Of a stretch of 64,000 nt of DNA, positions 63,174 through 64,000 are shown piece by piece. Source of the stretch: Bacteroidaceae bacterium (GTDB lineage: Bacteria; Bacteroidota; Bacteroidia; Bacteroidales; Bacteroidaceae); NCBI GenBank assembly GCA_045660365.1, contig JAZRDQ010000008.1, positions 72,506-136,505 on the forward strand. Direction: 5' to 3'. Each line of letters opens with the position of its first letter. Within the stretch, counting starts at the first letter, position 1. Under the pieces are notes generated by a model. The model was not told the origin of the DNA. It ran no database searches and was given only the letters and a program-made list of their open reading frames with translations. Both the position numbers and the translations under genes were made by a program.

Positions 63174-64000
63174 GTGTAAGCGATATATATATAGATCTGT
63201 TCCGTAACAACAGGCAGACTATTGATGCAGGGATTGCCCCGGTTATAAATGGCTGCAGGGAGAGGGCATTGCAGGCTCTTTCGGAATATGGTCTCCCTAA
63301 TAAAAAGCTGGAGGAGTATCTGCACTTTGATGCAGAACAACTGTTTGCTCCCGACTGGGGTATGAATCTTGGCAGATTAAAAATGGCTGTAGATTATACA
63401 GAGGCATTCCGTTGTAATGTTCCTAATCTCAGCACTCTGTTGTACTATCTTGCAGGCGATACACTGGTACAATCGGAATCGGCAGCAAGGGTGCAATTGG
63501 ATAATGGTGTGCTTATAGGCAGTCTGAACAGCATGGCAAAGGATTATCCGGAGCTAGTGGAGAAGTATTATGCCGGAATTGCCAATATGGAGCGTTCGGG
63601 TATAGCATCCATAAATACCATGTTTGCTCAGGATGGTCTGTTTGTATATGTTCCCGATGGGGTTGTAGTGGAAAAACCGGTGCAGCTGGTCTCTCTGTTG
63701 CAATCTAAAGTGGATATGATGGTAAATCGCAGAATTCTGGTTGTTCTGGGCAATGGTGCGCAGTTAAAACTGCTGTTGTGTGACCACTCTATAGATAGCA
63801 GAAATGCACTCTCTGTTCAGGTGGTAGAGGCTTACGTAGGCAGTGGTGCTTCATTCAGCTATTATGATCTGGAGGAGACTCACACTGCAAATCATCGTAT
63901 CAATGAACTCTTCATAGAGCAACAGTCAGATAGTAATGTGGAACTTAAAACCATTACTCTGCATAATGGCAAAACCAGAAATACCATATTTGCTACATTA
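63170..64000 (+). CDS. sufD: Fe-S cluster assembly protein SufD, 3' end cut by the window edge
   Basis: The ATG at 63170 overlaps the sufC stop (ATGA). Frame 2 stays open to nt 64000 (MSVSDIYIDLFRNNRQTIDAG...). It is absent from the ORF track because no stop falls in the window. The sufBCD order supports the call. Confidence 0.8.
   Translation, partial: MSVSDIYIDLFRNNRQTIDAGIAPVINGCRERALQALSEYGLPNKKLEEYLHFDAEQLFAPDWGMNLGRLKMAVDYTEAFRCNVPNLSTLLYYLAGDTLVQSESAARVQLDNGVLIGSLNSMAKDYPELVEKYYAGIANMERSGIASINTMFAQDGLFVYVPDGVVVEKPVQLVSLLQSKVDMMVNRRILVVLGNGAQLKLLLCDHSIDSRNALSVQVVEAYVGSGASFSYYDLEETHTANHRINELFIEQQSDSNVELKTITLHNGKTRNTIFATL

Overview
The window looks like a chromosomal segment from a Bacteroidota genome (order Bacteroidales, Prevotella-like). 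Support for this: several TTTG-N20-TAnnTTTG type promoters, many lipobox lipoproteins, and a T9SS-type C-terminal sorting domain. Housekeeping genes form the backbone: purT, pnp, greA, a HIT protein, tRNA-Leu(CAA), tRNA-Asn(GUU), a manC-like gene, an S41 peptidase, rimP-nusA-infB, cvpA and sufBCD. Three accessory blocks sit between them. (1) nt 6391-30016 is a 12-gene co-directional locus. It encodes an outer-membrane barrel (DUF3575-like), an anchor-like lipoprotein, nine tandem fimbrillin-like lipoprotein paralogs, and a 3801-aa GG-repeat protein ending in a T9SS-type sorting domain. I read it as an oversized type V (FimA/Mfa-class) pilus-like system. (2) nt 46475-55110 is a second, smaller locus with the same barrel plus anchor-like gene order and four fimbrillin-like genes. 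One of these carries an acidic DxDxDG calcium-loop insert and one carries a about 300-aa C-terminal extension. Two tandem polytopic-membrane AraC-type regulators (43765-46229) lie divergently upstream. (3) nt 30080-33818 is a three-gene overlapping operon: a GT2-Stealth fusion, a TupA-like ATP-grasp amidoligase and an opine-dehydrogenase-family enzyme, suggesting a phosphodiester-linked, amino-acid-decorated surface glycan. A further envelope operon on the minus strand (1106-6115) encodes a flippase, a SIS-only KpsF-like isomerase, a PfkB kinase and an LtaS-like transferase. I saw no CRISPR array, transposase, integrase or phage genes. All family assignments come from motifs read by eye; no database search or structure prediction was run.
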